Of a stretch of 64,000 nucleotides of DNA, positions 12,975-27,950 are shown in pieces. This stretch comes from the human T2T-CHM13v2.0 reference genome, Homo sapiens, in NCBI RefSeq assembly GCF_009914755.1, contig NC_060944.1; one strand, 5' to 3'. Position 1 is the first letter of the stretch, and every line of letters starts with the position of its first letter. The position numbers and the translations under genes were made by a program. The notes beneath the pieces were generated by a model. It searched no databases, had not been told where the DNA came from, and was given only the letters and a program-made list of their open reading frames with translations.

Positions 12975-14165
12975 CCAGTCTCAAGAGGCAGAGTTCTGTG
13001 AAGAGGAACAGTGTGGTTTGGGAAAGATGGATAAACTGAGCCTCACTTGCCCTCGTGCCTGGGGGAGAGAGGCAGCAAGTCTTAACAAACCAACATCTTT
13101 GCGAAAAGATAAACCTGGAGATATTATAAGGGAGAGCTGAGCCAGTTGTCCTATGGACAACTTATTTAAAAATATTTCAGATATCAAAATTCTAGCTGTA
13201 TGATTTGTTTTGAATTTTGTTTTTATTTTCAAGAGGGCAAGTGGATGGGAATTTGTCAGCGTTCTACCAGGCAAATTCACTGTTTCACTGAAATGTTTGG
13301 ATTCTCTTAGCTACTGTATGCAAAGTCCGATTATATTGGTGCGTTTTTACAGTTAGGGTTTTGCAATAACTTCTATATTTTAATAGAAATAAATTCCTAA
13401 ACTCCCTTCCCTCTCTCCCATTTCAGGAATTTAAAATTAAGTAGAACAAAAAACCCAGCGCACCTGTTAGAGTCGTCACTCTCTATTGTCATGGGGATCA
13501 ATTTTCATTAAACTTGAAGCAGTCGTGGCTTTGGCAGTGTTTTGGTTCAGACACCTGTTCACAGAAAAAGCATGATGGGAAAATATTTCCTGACTTGAGT
13601 GTTCCTTTTTAAATGTGAATTTTTATTTCTTTTTAATTATTTTAAAATATTTAAACCTTTTTCTTGATCTTAAAGATCGTGTAGATTGGGGTTGGGGAGG
13701 GATGAAGGGCGAGTGAATCTAAGGATAATGAAATAATCAGTGACTGAAACCATTTTCCCATCATCCTTTGTTCTGAGCATTCGCTGTACCCTTTAAGATA
13801 TCCATCTTTTTCTTTTTAACCCTAATCTTTCACTTGAAAGATTTTATTGTATAAAAAGTTTCACAGGTCAATAAACTTAGAGGAAAATGAGTATTTGGTC
13901 CAAAAAAAGGAAAAATAATCAAGATTTTAGGGCTTTTATTTTTTCTTTTGTAATTGTGTAAAAAATGGAAAAAAACATAAAAAGCAGAATTTTAATGTGA
14001 AGACATTTTTTGCTATAATCATTAGTTTTAGAGGCATTGTTAGTTTAGTGTGTGTGCAGAGTCCATTTCCCACATCTTTCCTCAAGTATCTTCTATTTTT
14101 ATCATGAATTCCCTTTTAATCAACTGTAGGTTATTTAAAATAAATTCCTACAACTTAATGGAAAC
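12975..14165 (+). other. TOP1: TOP1 3' UTR (AU-rich, ~1.2 kb)
   Basis: Follows the stop codon; U/A-rich; AATAAA at 13388, 13870 and 14139. Confidence 0.85.
14139..14144 (+). terminator. Distal polyadenylation signal AATAAA of TOP1
   Basis: AATAAA followed ~25-40 nt later by GU/U-rich gtgtctgcctctttgtt; composition shifts to G-rich downstream. Confidence 0.75.
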
Positions 14166-17050
14166 TTAAGTGTCTGCCTCTTTGTTACAAAGGGCCTCAG
14201 GCCAGAGTTGGGGCTGGGACTTAGTGTGGGATGAGGTCTCACCACTCAGGTCAGCAAGAGTAGATTCCTCCCAGGAGCAGATGAGGCAGGGCCTGGCCTG
14301 GAAAGGAGTGTTGTGTGCCTGTCCTGCTGCTGTGGGTGTGGGTTAAAGAGGATCCAAAGTCCATATCCTTAGATAAAAGACAGGAAAGGAAGGAAGGGTG
14401 CAAAAAATCCACAGTAAGAGGTGTGGTGCAAAGACAGCATCGGAGGCCTAGCGTAGGTAAAGTATATTGAGCAGGATGTTGCAGCTGTATTTGAGTCAAA
14501 AGTTTTGGAGAGCTTTCCATGTGTACTGGCCAGAAGCAGAAGGGAGCTGCTTTAGGTTTTTTCACGTGGCTAAGCTTACAATCAGGATGGGGAGAATTAA
14601 GGTTCCAGATCCCAGAAGCCCCTTCCCACATGGGATGCAAACTTCTCCCTGCATTGACTGCTTAATTGAAAAAGGCAGTGTGGTGTGGTCTCTGACCACT
14701 TTCTGGTGCTCCAGTTACCCTAGCTGGCTATGGTCTCTACAAAAATTGTTCCTTTGCTCATCCTAAATTATAGGTAAGTCTGGAATTCAGAATGAAAGTG
14801 AGGTCTCTGTCTAGGTCAAATGGACTGCAGGGAGCAGGAAGGCCAGAAGGGTCAAAATTGGTAAATTAATGGAAGGGCCCTGGGCCCTCTAGCTTGTTAG
14901 CACGAGCAGGTAGGTGTCTTCGGGGAGGCGAACCCATAGTCCCTGTTCTCCCTGAGGCTGGAGGCAGGGCTGGTACTAGGCCCACAACAGAGAATCCTGG
15001 AGGTCCTTGGCAGCCTGTATTTTTATTAACCAGTGAAAGAGGCAGCATTCACCCCAGGGAATAAGGGAGGTTATGTAGCCATCACTGCTTTGGAGCAGAG
15101 AGACTCCAGCCAGGTGTTTTTGAATTCTGTGTTGAGGTAGCTGGGCCACTGAATGTAGGGAATACAACAGAGAGGCTCTTTTGGTACCCATTTGATACAC
15201 TGTGGCTGGTAGGTAAGTAGGTTGGTGTAAGTGGACCTCAGATGCCACAGCTAGGGGACAACCTTTGGTCCAAAACTAGAAGTCAGGTAAGGAGGCCTTG
15301 CAGGCAGAAGACCTTGCTGATGAACAGGAAGTAATGCCTACCTCTCTGGCAAGGACCTCTCTTGCAAGTCTGAGGGCAGATGCTGGGCAACAAGATGCTG
15401 CTCAACACAACTAAGAAGGGCATCCCAGACAGTGGCAGCAGGCCTGGGAGACCAAAGCCAGAGAATGGGAAGCTGACCTGGCCACTGGGGATGAAAGAAG
15501 AGGCTGAAGAGGTAAGTGGGGGCCAGATGTAAAGGACCTTGAAGGATGCTTAACCCAGGAGTCAAGAATAAACTTATCCACTTGCCTAGTCCAGTAGGTT
15601 TTACTTCCAGCCACGTCCAAGAACAGGCCAGATGGGCAGGGTCTGAGAAACTCCCTCCCATCAGGCCTTTCTATGATGCCCGAGTTCGGTGTGGGCAAAG
15701 GGCTTCCACGTGCTACCCAAGCCAGATATCTGTGTGCTGACTTGGCTTTTCTCCTCTCTTACCTCACCTTCATCTCCCATCCCCCAAATCTGGCCAGCAA
15801 GTCCTGTCTCTCCATTCTCCCTGCCAAAAGCTGTCAAATTTCAGACCTCTGCTACATTAAAACATGAAAAGTAAAAAACCTTCACAGCCCTCAGCCCTTT
15901 CCAGCCACTACCTTTCCCTTTTTTCCCAAACAAGCACCTGCAATAAGTCATCACCATCCAGTCATTCCCCCACCCACTGCAACTAGCTTCTGTCCCATGA
16001 GCCCACAATTCCTTCTCTTCACTCTGACCAATGTCGCCAATGACTAGATAACCAAACCAATACATGGGCTCTCCATTCTGCGTCTTAGAGTCTTTGTGGC
16101 ACTGGACACTGTTGACCACTCCTTCCATCATTTTGAGGGTACGATGATTTTTAGCAACTTTGCTGAGTGGTGCAACTATTAACCATGTCAATTTTAGAAC
16201 ATTTTCATCTCCCTGTAAGATCCCTTATGCTCATTTACAGTTAATCCACATTCCCACTCCCGGCCTCCACTAACCTTTCTAAATTTGCATTCTGAACATT
16301 TCATGTAAATGGAATCATTCAATAGGTGACCACTACCTTCTCTCTGATTTTCACAATGCCACCCTCTCCTGGTTTTACTCCTGTCCCTATCAGGCTTTTT
16401 CTGAGTCACCTTTTCTATCAGGTCCTAAGTGCCATGATTCTTACTTCAGCATAGCTGATTTCATTTGCACCTAAAGGTGATGACTTCTCTTTCTCTCTAG
16501 CCTAGAGCCCTTTTCTAAGCTCCAGACTCACATTATCAACTACACCTCTGCAGGGCATGTCTACGGGCACCTCAATCTCAGCGTCTCTAGAACTGAGCTC
16601 AGTACCCACCACCCCAAGCCTGTTGGGCCTGGGCTTCACATCTCAGGGAAAGGCACCAGATCCTCTGTCCCCCAACCCAGAAACTAGGGTAGCCACCATC
16701 CTTCACTCCTCTCGTTTCCACACCCAGTAAATTACTCCAAAATCATCTCCTCAATACCATAAAATTTATTTTCTGAAAAAGTTTTACTCCTTAGAAATTC
16801 TTCAAATAATGAGACACTATCAACTTGTTTTGAACCAAAAAGCACTTTTTAGAGAAAACATATTACCCTGAAATGACCTCAGTCAGGCCAGTTTTGGATG
16901 CTTATAAGTAGTCCCCTGACAAAAATCAGTAAACAAGGAGACAAAGAAATTTAACACAGACTTAGTAATTTTCACAATCCCAAGAATTCCATTCAGACAA
17001 GCCTCTTAGAAATCACTAAATAGCAAAGACTTTTTTAGATTTTATAATTG

Positions 17051-17053
<3 letters not shown>

Positions 17054-17092
<39 letters not shown>
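17054..17092. repeat. (TG)n microsatellite
   Basis: ~19 TG units. Confidence 0.97.
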
Positions 17093-17095
<3 letters not shown>

Positions 17096-17104
17096 CACAC
17101 ACAA

Positions 17105-17379
17105 TTTTTTTTTTTTTTTTTTTGAGACGGAGTCTAGCTCTGTCACCCAGGCTGGAGTGCAGTGGCGAAATCCTGGCTCACTGCAACCTCTGCCGCCTGG
17201 GTTCAAACCATTCTCCTGTCTCAGCCTCCTGCCACCACGCCCAGCTAATTTTTGTATTTTTCGTAGAGATGGGGTTTCACCATGTTGGCCAGGCTGGTCT
17301 CGAACTCCTGACCTCATGATCTTCCCGCCTCAGCCTCCCAAAGTGCTGGGATTACAGGCGTGAGCCACCGTGTCTGGCC
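17105..17379 (-). mobile_element. AluS-like with an internal ~25-nt deletion
   Basis: tcagcctcct joined directly to gccaccacgcccagc. Confidence 0.9.
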
Positions 17380-17408
17380 CACACAAATGTTTTTAAAGGA
17401 GTCTTTTA

Positions 17409-17550
17409 GGCCAGGAGCAGTTAGCTCATGCCTGTAATCCCAGCAGTTTGGGAGACCAAGGCAGAAAGATCACTTGAGCCTCGGAGCCCAAGGCTGCAGT
17501 GAGCTATGACTGTAACTGCACTCCAGCTTAGGTGACAGTGAGATTCTATC
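17409..17550 (+). mobile_element. Rearranged or short Alu monomer
   Basis: ggccagg...gcctgtaatcccagc...gctgcagtgagctatga. Confidence 0.75.
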
Positions 17551-17757
17551 TATACACACACACACCACACAGTCTTTTAGAAAAATTGAGATAGTAATGG
17601 ATAATAAGAGTTGAGGTTTGGGTCAAAATAATATGGGAGGGGTTAGTGGGTAGAATTTGGCATGAAACAAAAGTGGCCACCAATTCATTATTGAAGCTAG
17701 ATGATGGGTATGTCGGCATTCACTATACTATACACGTAGACACATTTGAGATTTTTC

Positions 17758-19773
<2,016 letters not shown>

Positions 19774-19795
19774 AAGATTTTTCTTTAAAAATGTC

Positions 19796-20093
19796 TTTTT
19801 TATTTAGACACAGGGTCTCACCTCTGTTGCCCAGGCTGGAGTACACTGGTGTGATCATAGCTCACTATAGCCTTGAACTCCTGGGCTCAAACAATCCTCC
19901 GACTTCAACTTCCTGAAGAGCTGAGACTACAGGTGCATGCTACCATGCCTGGCTAATTTTTTTATTTTTATATTTTTAGAGACAAGGCCTCACTATGTTG
20001 CCCAGGCTGGTCTCCAACTCTTGGGGTCAAGCAATCTTCCTGTCTCAGCCTCCCCAGATACTGATATTATAGGTGTGAGCTACCATGCCCAGC
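19796..20093 (-). mobile_element. AluJ-like (7SL-derived)
   Basis: gtgatcatagctcactatagccttgaactcctgggctcaa is AluJ-type. Confidence 0.88.
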
Positions 20094-20264
20094 AGAGATT
20101 TTTCATAACATGTTTAAAGCAATACAGTAACTGGTTATTTTGAAGATTATTAGTATATATCCATAGAGGAATTGAGGGGGGAAAAGCAACATCTTAATGT
20201 TATACTAAAAGGTAATTATGCTTAGGTTACAATTTTCAGTGATAACATCACATACTAATTCAGA

Positions 20265-20610
20265 AAGTATTCCCTTTGCAGCAACATGGATGAATCTAAA
20301 TAACATTATGCTGAACGCAGACACAAGAGTACATACTGTATGATTCCATTTATGTGAAATTCCAGAATAGGCAACACTAATCCGTAGTGACAGAAAGTCA
20401 ATCAGTGGTTGCTGGATGGGGACAGAGGAGACTGACTGCGAAGGCGCACCAGGAAACATTTTGGGGTGGTGGAAATATTCTCTATCTTGATTGGGTGGAG
20501 GTTACATGAGGGTATACATTTGTCAAAGCACAAATTTTACACTTAAAAATGGATGTATTTTATATGTAAATTATTCCTCAACAAAAATTATTTTTTAAGT
20601 AAAAAAAAAA
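20265..20610 (+). mobile_element. Ancient L1M (L1MB/ME) 3' UTR fragment
   Basis: gcagcaacatggatgaatct...tactgtatgattccattta...ggaaatattctctatcttgatt...tacatttgtcaaa. Confidence 0.75.
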
Positions 20611-20614
20611 TCTA

Positions 20615-21099
<485 letters not shown>

Positions 21100-22058
21100 T
21101 CAATATATTGTTTTAAATATGTGATTTAAAGTATGTACCTGTAGCTAAATAAACTATTATATGTGGACATTTGCATCTCTAAAAAGTTTATATTTTAGTT
21201 GCAAAAAAAAAACAACCCACAAAACAACTTGGAGTGACCCTATGATGAAAATGAGTGTTTGCCTTGTATCTGGAGTGGCCATCTCTTTCAGGCATATACA
21301 GTCTCTCACTTTGCTCTATCTCCACAGACACTAACAGGTTTCAGTAAAGCCAAGTGTCCCTTCTCAGTGCTCCAATGGCCCCCATCACACTGAATTGTCA
21401 TGGTCTGTTGGCATTTCTGTACCCACTGCTGGAGTGGGAACTTGTTCTGACTCAGCTGTGCTGTCTTAGTGCTCTAGAGGATGCATCGGTGAAGCGTGTT
21501 GCAAGGAGGAGAGAGAAAAACAGAAAAGTGCAGGTCTGCCCTGGCCTGGGCTTTCCCCTTCTCTTCCTTTATTGCCATATGTTGCCTCAGTGATGCAGTC
21601 ACAGTGTCCCTGCCACCTTTCAGAAGAAGATACATCTGCAGCCCAGCTGGAGAACCTCAACATCTGGGTCCCACTATGGGGGCCAATCAGCAGAGATACA
21701 CCAAGGTCAATGGAGACAGCAGTCCCTGGGAGCAGCCGAGCCAGGTGTGATTTTGCCTTGAGAGAGAACACGAGGCTCTTGAGGGACAGATAACACAACC
21801 CAGGTGAGGAGGAAAGCAGGTGGACATGACCTAAGAAGTGTGAGGCCTGATGACTAAGTTGGAGCCACAGATAGATTTGGGGGCCAGGGGTCAGGAGCCT
21901 AAACAGCAGGTTGTGGGTGGAGTTCAAGGTGCACTGAGGTTAGTTCTTAGCAAGTAGTACTGGCTGTGTGCTGAGGTGCAGGCTGGCTCACAAACGCAGA
22001 GGAGGGGCTGTTCAGATGTCTAACACGAGAAACTGAGTAAAAATTAAAGAATGGTTTA

Positions 22059-22354
<296 letters not shown>

Positions 22355-22828
22355 TTAAAGAAAAAGGACAATGTTTTACACATGGATCAAATTAGACACT
22401 GCAAGACTATAAATCTGCACCCTCCTAATGTGAAAAGGGCTTCACTGAGCTATACTTGTATATTATGCCCTCGATATTCACTCAAGGCCATTACAAGGAA
22501 CAAATGAAAACGGCATCAGCATTTGCTATTAACCAGTTGAGAACATTCTCCACTATTTCAACTAAATAAGTATCCAGGTGAGAAACTTCTTTTATAATTT
22601 AACCCCAGAAATTTTTTTTACTCCAAAGAACCAGTTAACAGAATAGAAAGTGTTATTGTTTTGGCTATCAGGAAGCTCAGCCATGTTTAATTCTCAATCA
22701 CATCAGCTACATTAACCCATAAACCATATTATCGTCCTCCTCCTTATAATCTCATCTCCTATTTCTATATTTTATTCTCTATTTTTAAGTACTCAAAACA
22801 TTTTTAAAGGGCTGAAAAAGAATACACT

Positions 22829-23205
22829 TGTGGTAGACATAGCAACGTGCCACCCAGATCCCCTTCAAAGAAGGACTTGTTGACCCAACTATTGGGAGAG
22901 CTGTCAGCAGAAAATCTTCAGCTGTCAGCCCCTCGAAGATCATCTTGGCTGCAGAGTGCCATCTGGCCCAGGCTAGGCTCTTCCCAGGACATTACAACTC
23001 CTTTCCAGGCTAGTGCCAGACAACAGAGATCCTGGGAGTTGGCTGAGACTGTCATCAGGCCTGCATCTCAGTTTAGTTTTCCCTGTGCCCACTCCTGTTT
23101 CTTTCCAGTACCTCCCAGAGTGTTGATCCCAGGGCCACTCCCCAATAAACATACTGCACACTAACCTGTCACAGAGTCCACATCCAAAGAACCCAACCTG
23201 TGACA
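22829..23205 (+). mobile_element. ERVL solo LTR (LTR16-like)
   Basis: TG...CA termini; internal cccaataaac and terminal gaacccaacctgtgaca typical of LTR16. Confidence 0.7.
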
Positions 23206-23222
23206 GCACCAAATCAAAAGAG

Positions 23223-23350
23223 ACTCAGGAGGCTGAGGCAGGACTGCTTGAACTCGGGAGGCGGAGATTGCAGTGAGCCAAGATTGTGCCATTGCACGCC
23301 AGCCTGGGCGACGAGAGAGAAACTCTGTCTCAAAAAAAAAAAAAAAAAAA
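23223..23350 (+). mobile_element. Alu right-arm fragment
   Basis: actcaggaggctgaggcagga...A tail. Confidence 0.88.
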
Positions 23351-23429
23351 AGAGAGAAAACATATCAGGTAGGGGTATTTTACAAAGGAGAGAGGATATA
23401 CAATAAAGTGTTCATACATACATGGGAAG

Positions 23430-23620
23430 CAAAACAGCACTGACTCTGGGGCCAGACTACCTGGGTTTGAATCCTGCCTTTTAGCTCTGTGCCTCAGTTT
23501 TTTCATCTGGAAAATGGGGATAATAAGAGCACTTATAGGGCTGTAATGAGGAAGAAATGAGACAATGTGGATAAAGCAGTTCCATAGTGTTTACTATATG
23601 TCAACCACTGTTCTAAGTGG
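23430..23620 (+). mobile_element. MIR SINE
   Basis: ctgggtttgaatcctg...gcctcagtttttcatctggaaaatggggataata. Confidence 0.75.
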
Positions 23621-25069
23621 TCATTTAATAAACAGCTGTGAGGCCAAACCCACAGGTCCCGAGGGGCAGTTGGGCTGGGACTCTCCCCAGACTCTGGGCA
23701 TGGGCACAGGTACAGTGTAGGCCAGGGCATGCTGAAGCATGCATGTTCACAGAAATAGGCCTGAGCAGGGCTAGCATGGGTGACGTCACAGGCGTGTGCT
23801 TGTGTGGGTGCTGGGCTGCTCCTCCCAGACAGCGCAGCTGCACGTATTGCCATTCACACCCACGCACCCATATATATGCTGAGCTGGGGGAAGCCCACAC
23901 AGACCACACCCTCTGCATGCCCTGTTTTTCCTGCACCTCCTTTGGTGGAAGGAGGCACCTGAGGCCTGGGATGCTGGCCCAGAAGTCCCAGGAGGAAATG
24001 GGTCCTGTTCCCTGATTACAGGCCTGGCAACGGGCTGAAAACTCAAGCTCTTGTTGGCAGGGATTTCTTGAGCCCCTAGAGGTCCAGACCCAGAGGCAAA
24101 AGTAAAAGCAAGGAAGCCTTACCCTGCATGTTAGGAAGCTCCCAAAAAAATGGAGAAACGGATGTAAAAAGTGCATCAGAGCCCACAGGCTGCCCGAGTC
24201 AGCACAGTAAGCTCAATGAGGGCTGCAGCACTTAAGAGGGTGCCTCCTGTACAAAACAGGATCAGACAGCCAGAGAGGGGCCCCATTCAGCCCCCGTCTG
24301 CCTTCCTGGTCTCATCACTCCCTGTCCCCTCCTCAGTCAGGAAACTCTAGCTTTGTAACCCTAAATTCAACAACCTCTTCCTGGCCTCAGGGCCTTTGTA
24401 CATGCTGTTACCTCTACTTGGAATGTACTTTTCTCCAACCCACCTTTAATAATTCACCTCGCCATCGACTCACTTCCTTTAGACCTCTGCTGAGGTCTGA
24501 AGAGATCTCGACCCAATGTTTTTCCTTCTAGCCCTCATCATAATTGTCTTTATGTAACAGAGTGTTTATTTAATGTCTGAACTCCCAGAGAGCTGGCGCT
24601 GTGTCTCTCTTGTGCTCCTCATGTTGTCAATGCCCAACACAGAGAAGAGCAGGGTCCACAGAACTTCAAGCCTAAGCCAGTTCAAGCCACACTCTGTGAG
24701 CACTCACGTTCTGCTGGATTCCCTGTGCCCAAGGCCAGCGGTGAGCATGCCTCCCCTCACCCATGCTGATTAACCAGATAGCCTCCATGCCCACTGACTA
24801 CTGACCACCAGGACTTACCTAAGCCAGTGGATCTCCTGTGAGGCAGAAAACTCATGGAGTCAGGCCGACTTGGGTTCTAGTTCCCACCTAGTCATGTTAT
24901 GTGGCTTTGGGGCAAATTGTAGAACTTCTCTGAATCTCTGTTTCCTCATCAGTAAATTGTGGACCATCATTCCTGATTAGAAGATAATTATGAGGATCAG
25001 GTGTGACCACAGGTGCACACCTTCAGCACAGGGTCTACGCTAGCTCCGTCCCGCCCACGTAAAGACCTG

Positions 25070-25083
25070 CCACTAGGTGGCAG
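25070..25083 (+). promoter_or_regulatory. CTCF-type motif CCACTAGGTGGCAG
   Basis: Matches the CCASYAGRKGGCRS core at all positions; occupancy not testable here. Confidence 0.6.
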
Positions 25084-26269
25084 TCCATCTCAGCTACCCC
25101 ACCGCTCCTTACTCCACAGAGGCTGGCTAGGACAAAGGGTCTCAATGTCATGCTGAATTCTGAGCTTCTTAGGGGACGCACTTGAGGAAATCAACGTTAA
25201 CACACAAGTTTCCACTACAGCAAGACAAAGTCAGAAGCAGCAGCCCCAGGTCACTATCCAGCTGAGTGGGTTGCCTGAGCACACGCTCTTACAAACTCTA
25301 GTCTAGTCCTACTATCTCACAATTCCCAGGAAGCCTGGCTCTTTCTCTGGCATCAGCTGGAAGCTCTGTTGGGCTTCTCACCTCTGAAATGCAGTAAGTT
25401 GTCCTGCTGTGCCTGGCAGCCGACCCACTGCCTGGCTCAACATGTCAGACAGGCTCCACCGCGACCGTGGGTGTCCTCAATTTTGGCGGTGCTGACAAGG
25501 GTAGATAGATTGCAGGGGTGAGTTTCAAGAATGGCTTCAGAAAGACAAAGAGTATGAATTATATTCCATAACCAGAAAAAGGCCTTGTGGCTGGAGAATG
25601 GAGAGTGAAGGATCACTTGTGAGAGATGAAACTGGTGAGATGGGCAGGTCATATAGAACCTGCTAGGCCAAGCAGGGAGTGTGGATTTTAGGTGCAATGG
25701 GAATTCACGGAGGGTTTTAGCCTGGATGTAGGGGATCATGACTTAATTTCATTTTAAAGATTTAAAGCATGATAAATCCAGGCAAAACCAAACTGATAGA
25801 TCCAGGCAAAACCAAACAAGGTGAGTAGTCTGGGTGACAGGAGATGGGGCCTTCAGCTTGTGGGCTGAGTGACAAGGTCTTGATGGATTGGAGGTGAGGC
25901 AAAGGGAGGAATCAAAGTTAGCTGCAAGGTTTTTGACCTTCCAACTTAGAGAAGTTTAGCGCCGCGTTCTGAGAAAGTGAAGACTGTGGAAGGAATCGTT
26001 TGGGGAGGGAAGGCGAGCTGTCTAAGGGGGGGGGATGTGGAACATGCAGTGGGATGCTGGGGCCTGGAACGTAGGGGAGATGCAGGTTTGGAGTCACCGG
26101 TGCCTGTGTTGTTGGGCAAAGCCAGGGGAAAGGTCAGGTCGCCTTGGGATCTGGCCTAGCACTGAGTGCAGAGGAAGAGAAGCTTCTGAGATCGAGAGGC
26201 AGCGGCTACAGGAGGAGGAAGAAAGCAAGGCGGGGAAAACCAAAGTTCAGGAGAGCATTTGCAGGAGGG

Positions 26270-27950
26270 CGCTGCGGGGTAGGGTCTGAGTCGGAGCCCC
26301 GAATCGGACTCGAGTCCTGTCGCGTGGGGACGGAGCGTGCAGAGGCCCATGCGAGGGACAGACACAAAGGCCCTGGGAGCTGCAGGTCAGACCACTGGAC
26401 AGCGCGGCCGCGGACCTAACGCCCCTGTAAGGGGTGCTCACGCTTGGGGGGAACTCTCCGAAAGAGAGGACCACTGAAAGCCACCCTGGCAGCAGGGGCG
26501 GAACAGACAGACGTGGGTCTGGCCGTCGCCAGAACTGCCTGCGGACCAGCCCCGCGCTGCCGGGGGGGCGGGACATGTCGGCTGTCCATCAGTGCCCGCG
26601 ACCAATCCGCAGGCAGCCCCGCCCCCGCCCCTCCCGGGAGAGGGCGCGCGGAGGACCCGCCGCCGCCGGTGTGAGGCGGCCCGTCCTGGCTCCCTTGTCC
26701 GGGAAGCCCGCCCAGGTAACTGAGTTTGGCCGGGCATTCCCGGAGGACGCGCCATCCCCTCACGTCCCGTCCCGGTCGCTGCATGGTCGGTGTTCGGGAC
26801 GCGGGGGCTGCGTCTGTGCGGGACCGCGGGGTAGCGGCCGCCCGTGCGAGTACGCCTGACTGACGCGCCGGCCGCCGGGCCTGCGGCCTGTGGGCGGGGC
26901 TGCCGTGCGTGACAGGGCCGCTCGTGGCCGCCGGGCTGTGTCCGGGGCCGCGTGAGAAAGCTCTGCGGGACTGAGGGCTGGGTGGGTCGACCGGGAACGG
27001 CGCGCGCTCCCGCCGCCATCGCGCCTCCGTCCCCGCCTGCGGCCTGTCTGGGGGTCGCGGGGCGCAGGCGCGGCGGGCCGACGGGCGGGGGTCCTCCCCA
27101 CGGGTGCGCGGGCGCCTTTGTTCCCGGCGCCGAAGCGGGGTGGGGCCTCAGGGCAGCCCCGCCCCGCCGCGCTGAGGCCCCGCCCCGTGTCCGCCTGCAG
27201 GAGCCGCCGCCGGGTCCCGCTCGTCTGCCGCCTCAGCCTCAGCCCCAACCTCAGCCGCCGCCGTTGCGCTTGCTCCCGGGCGGTCCTGGCCTGTGCCGCC
27301 GCCGCCCCCAGCGTCGGAGCCATGGCGGGCGCCGCGTCCCCTTGCGCCAACGGCTGCGGGCCCGGCGCGCCCTCGGACGCCGAGGTGCTGCACCTCTGCC
27401 GCAGCCTCGAGGTGGGCACCGTCATGACTTTGTTCTACTCCAAGAAGTCGCAGCGACCCGAGCGGAAGACCTTCCAGGTCAAGCTGGAGACGCGCCAGAT
27501 CACGTGGAGCCGGGGCGCCGACAAGATCGAGGGGGCCAGTAAGTGCGCCCACTTCCTGCCTGGGCCCGCCCCGCGCGGGGGTCGTGGGAGCCCGGCCCGA
27601 CTGCTTGCACCCCGGCCGGCCGCCCCAGCGACTTGGGCAAACTTTCGGGCCCTCCCAGACTCCCTCCGGGCCCCGCCCCCGCTTCGTCTCGGGTGGTCAC
27701 TGGGGGCGGGGGGCATCCGGGTCCTCGGTCACCTGACAGGACACCCCCCCTCCCCCAGCTGGGGGGAGTGTTCCAGGCGCTTTGCCCTGAGGCCTAAAAA
27801 TCCTCGCGGGCTGGAGACCTGCGGTGCAGGCATCGGGCCCCCCAGACCCTGGGAGTGGTGGCGGCGTCGGCGAGGGGAGCTAAGGCAGTGGCCCCCACCC
27901 TGCACGGGAACCTGGGGCCTGACCAGACGGTCCCCGCCCACTCTTTATCC
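26270..27950. promoter_or_regulatory. CpG island / PLCG1 promoter
   Basis: Very GC- and CpG-rich; CCAAT at 26602, repeated GC boxes (ccccgccc at 26617-26630 and 27157-27185); spans exon 1. Confidence 0.92.
27322..27538 (+). CDS. PLCG1: Phospholipase C gamma 1 exon 1 ([11 protein letters not shown]...ADKIEGA)
   Basis: Kozak gccATGG; donor A|gtaagt; 217 nt. Confidence 0.97.

Noticed and set aside
19796-20093. Possible 7SL RNA gene or pseudogene
   Set aside because: Dimeric Alu structure without the 7SL S domain, so called AluJ
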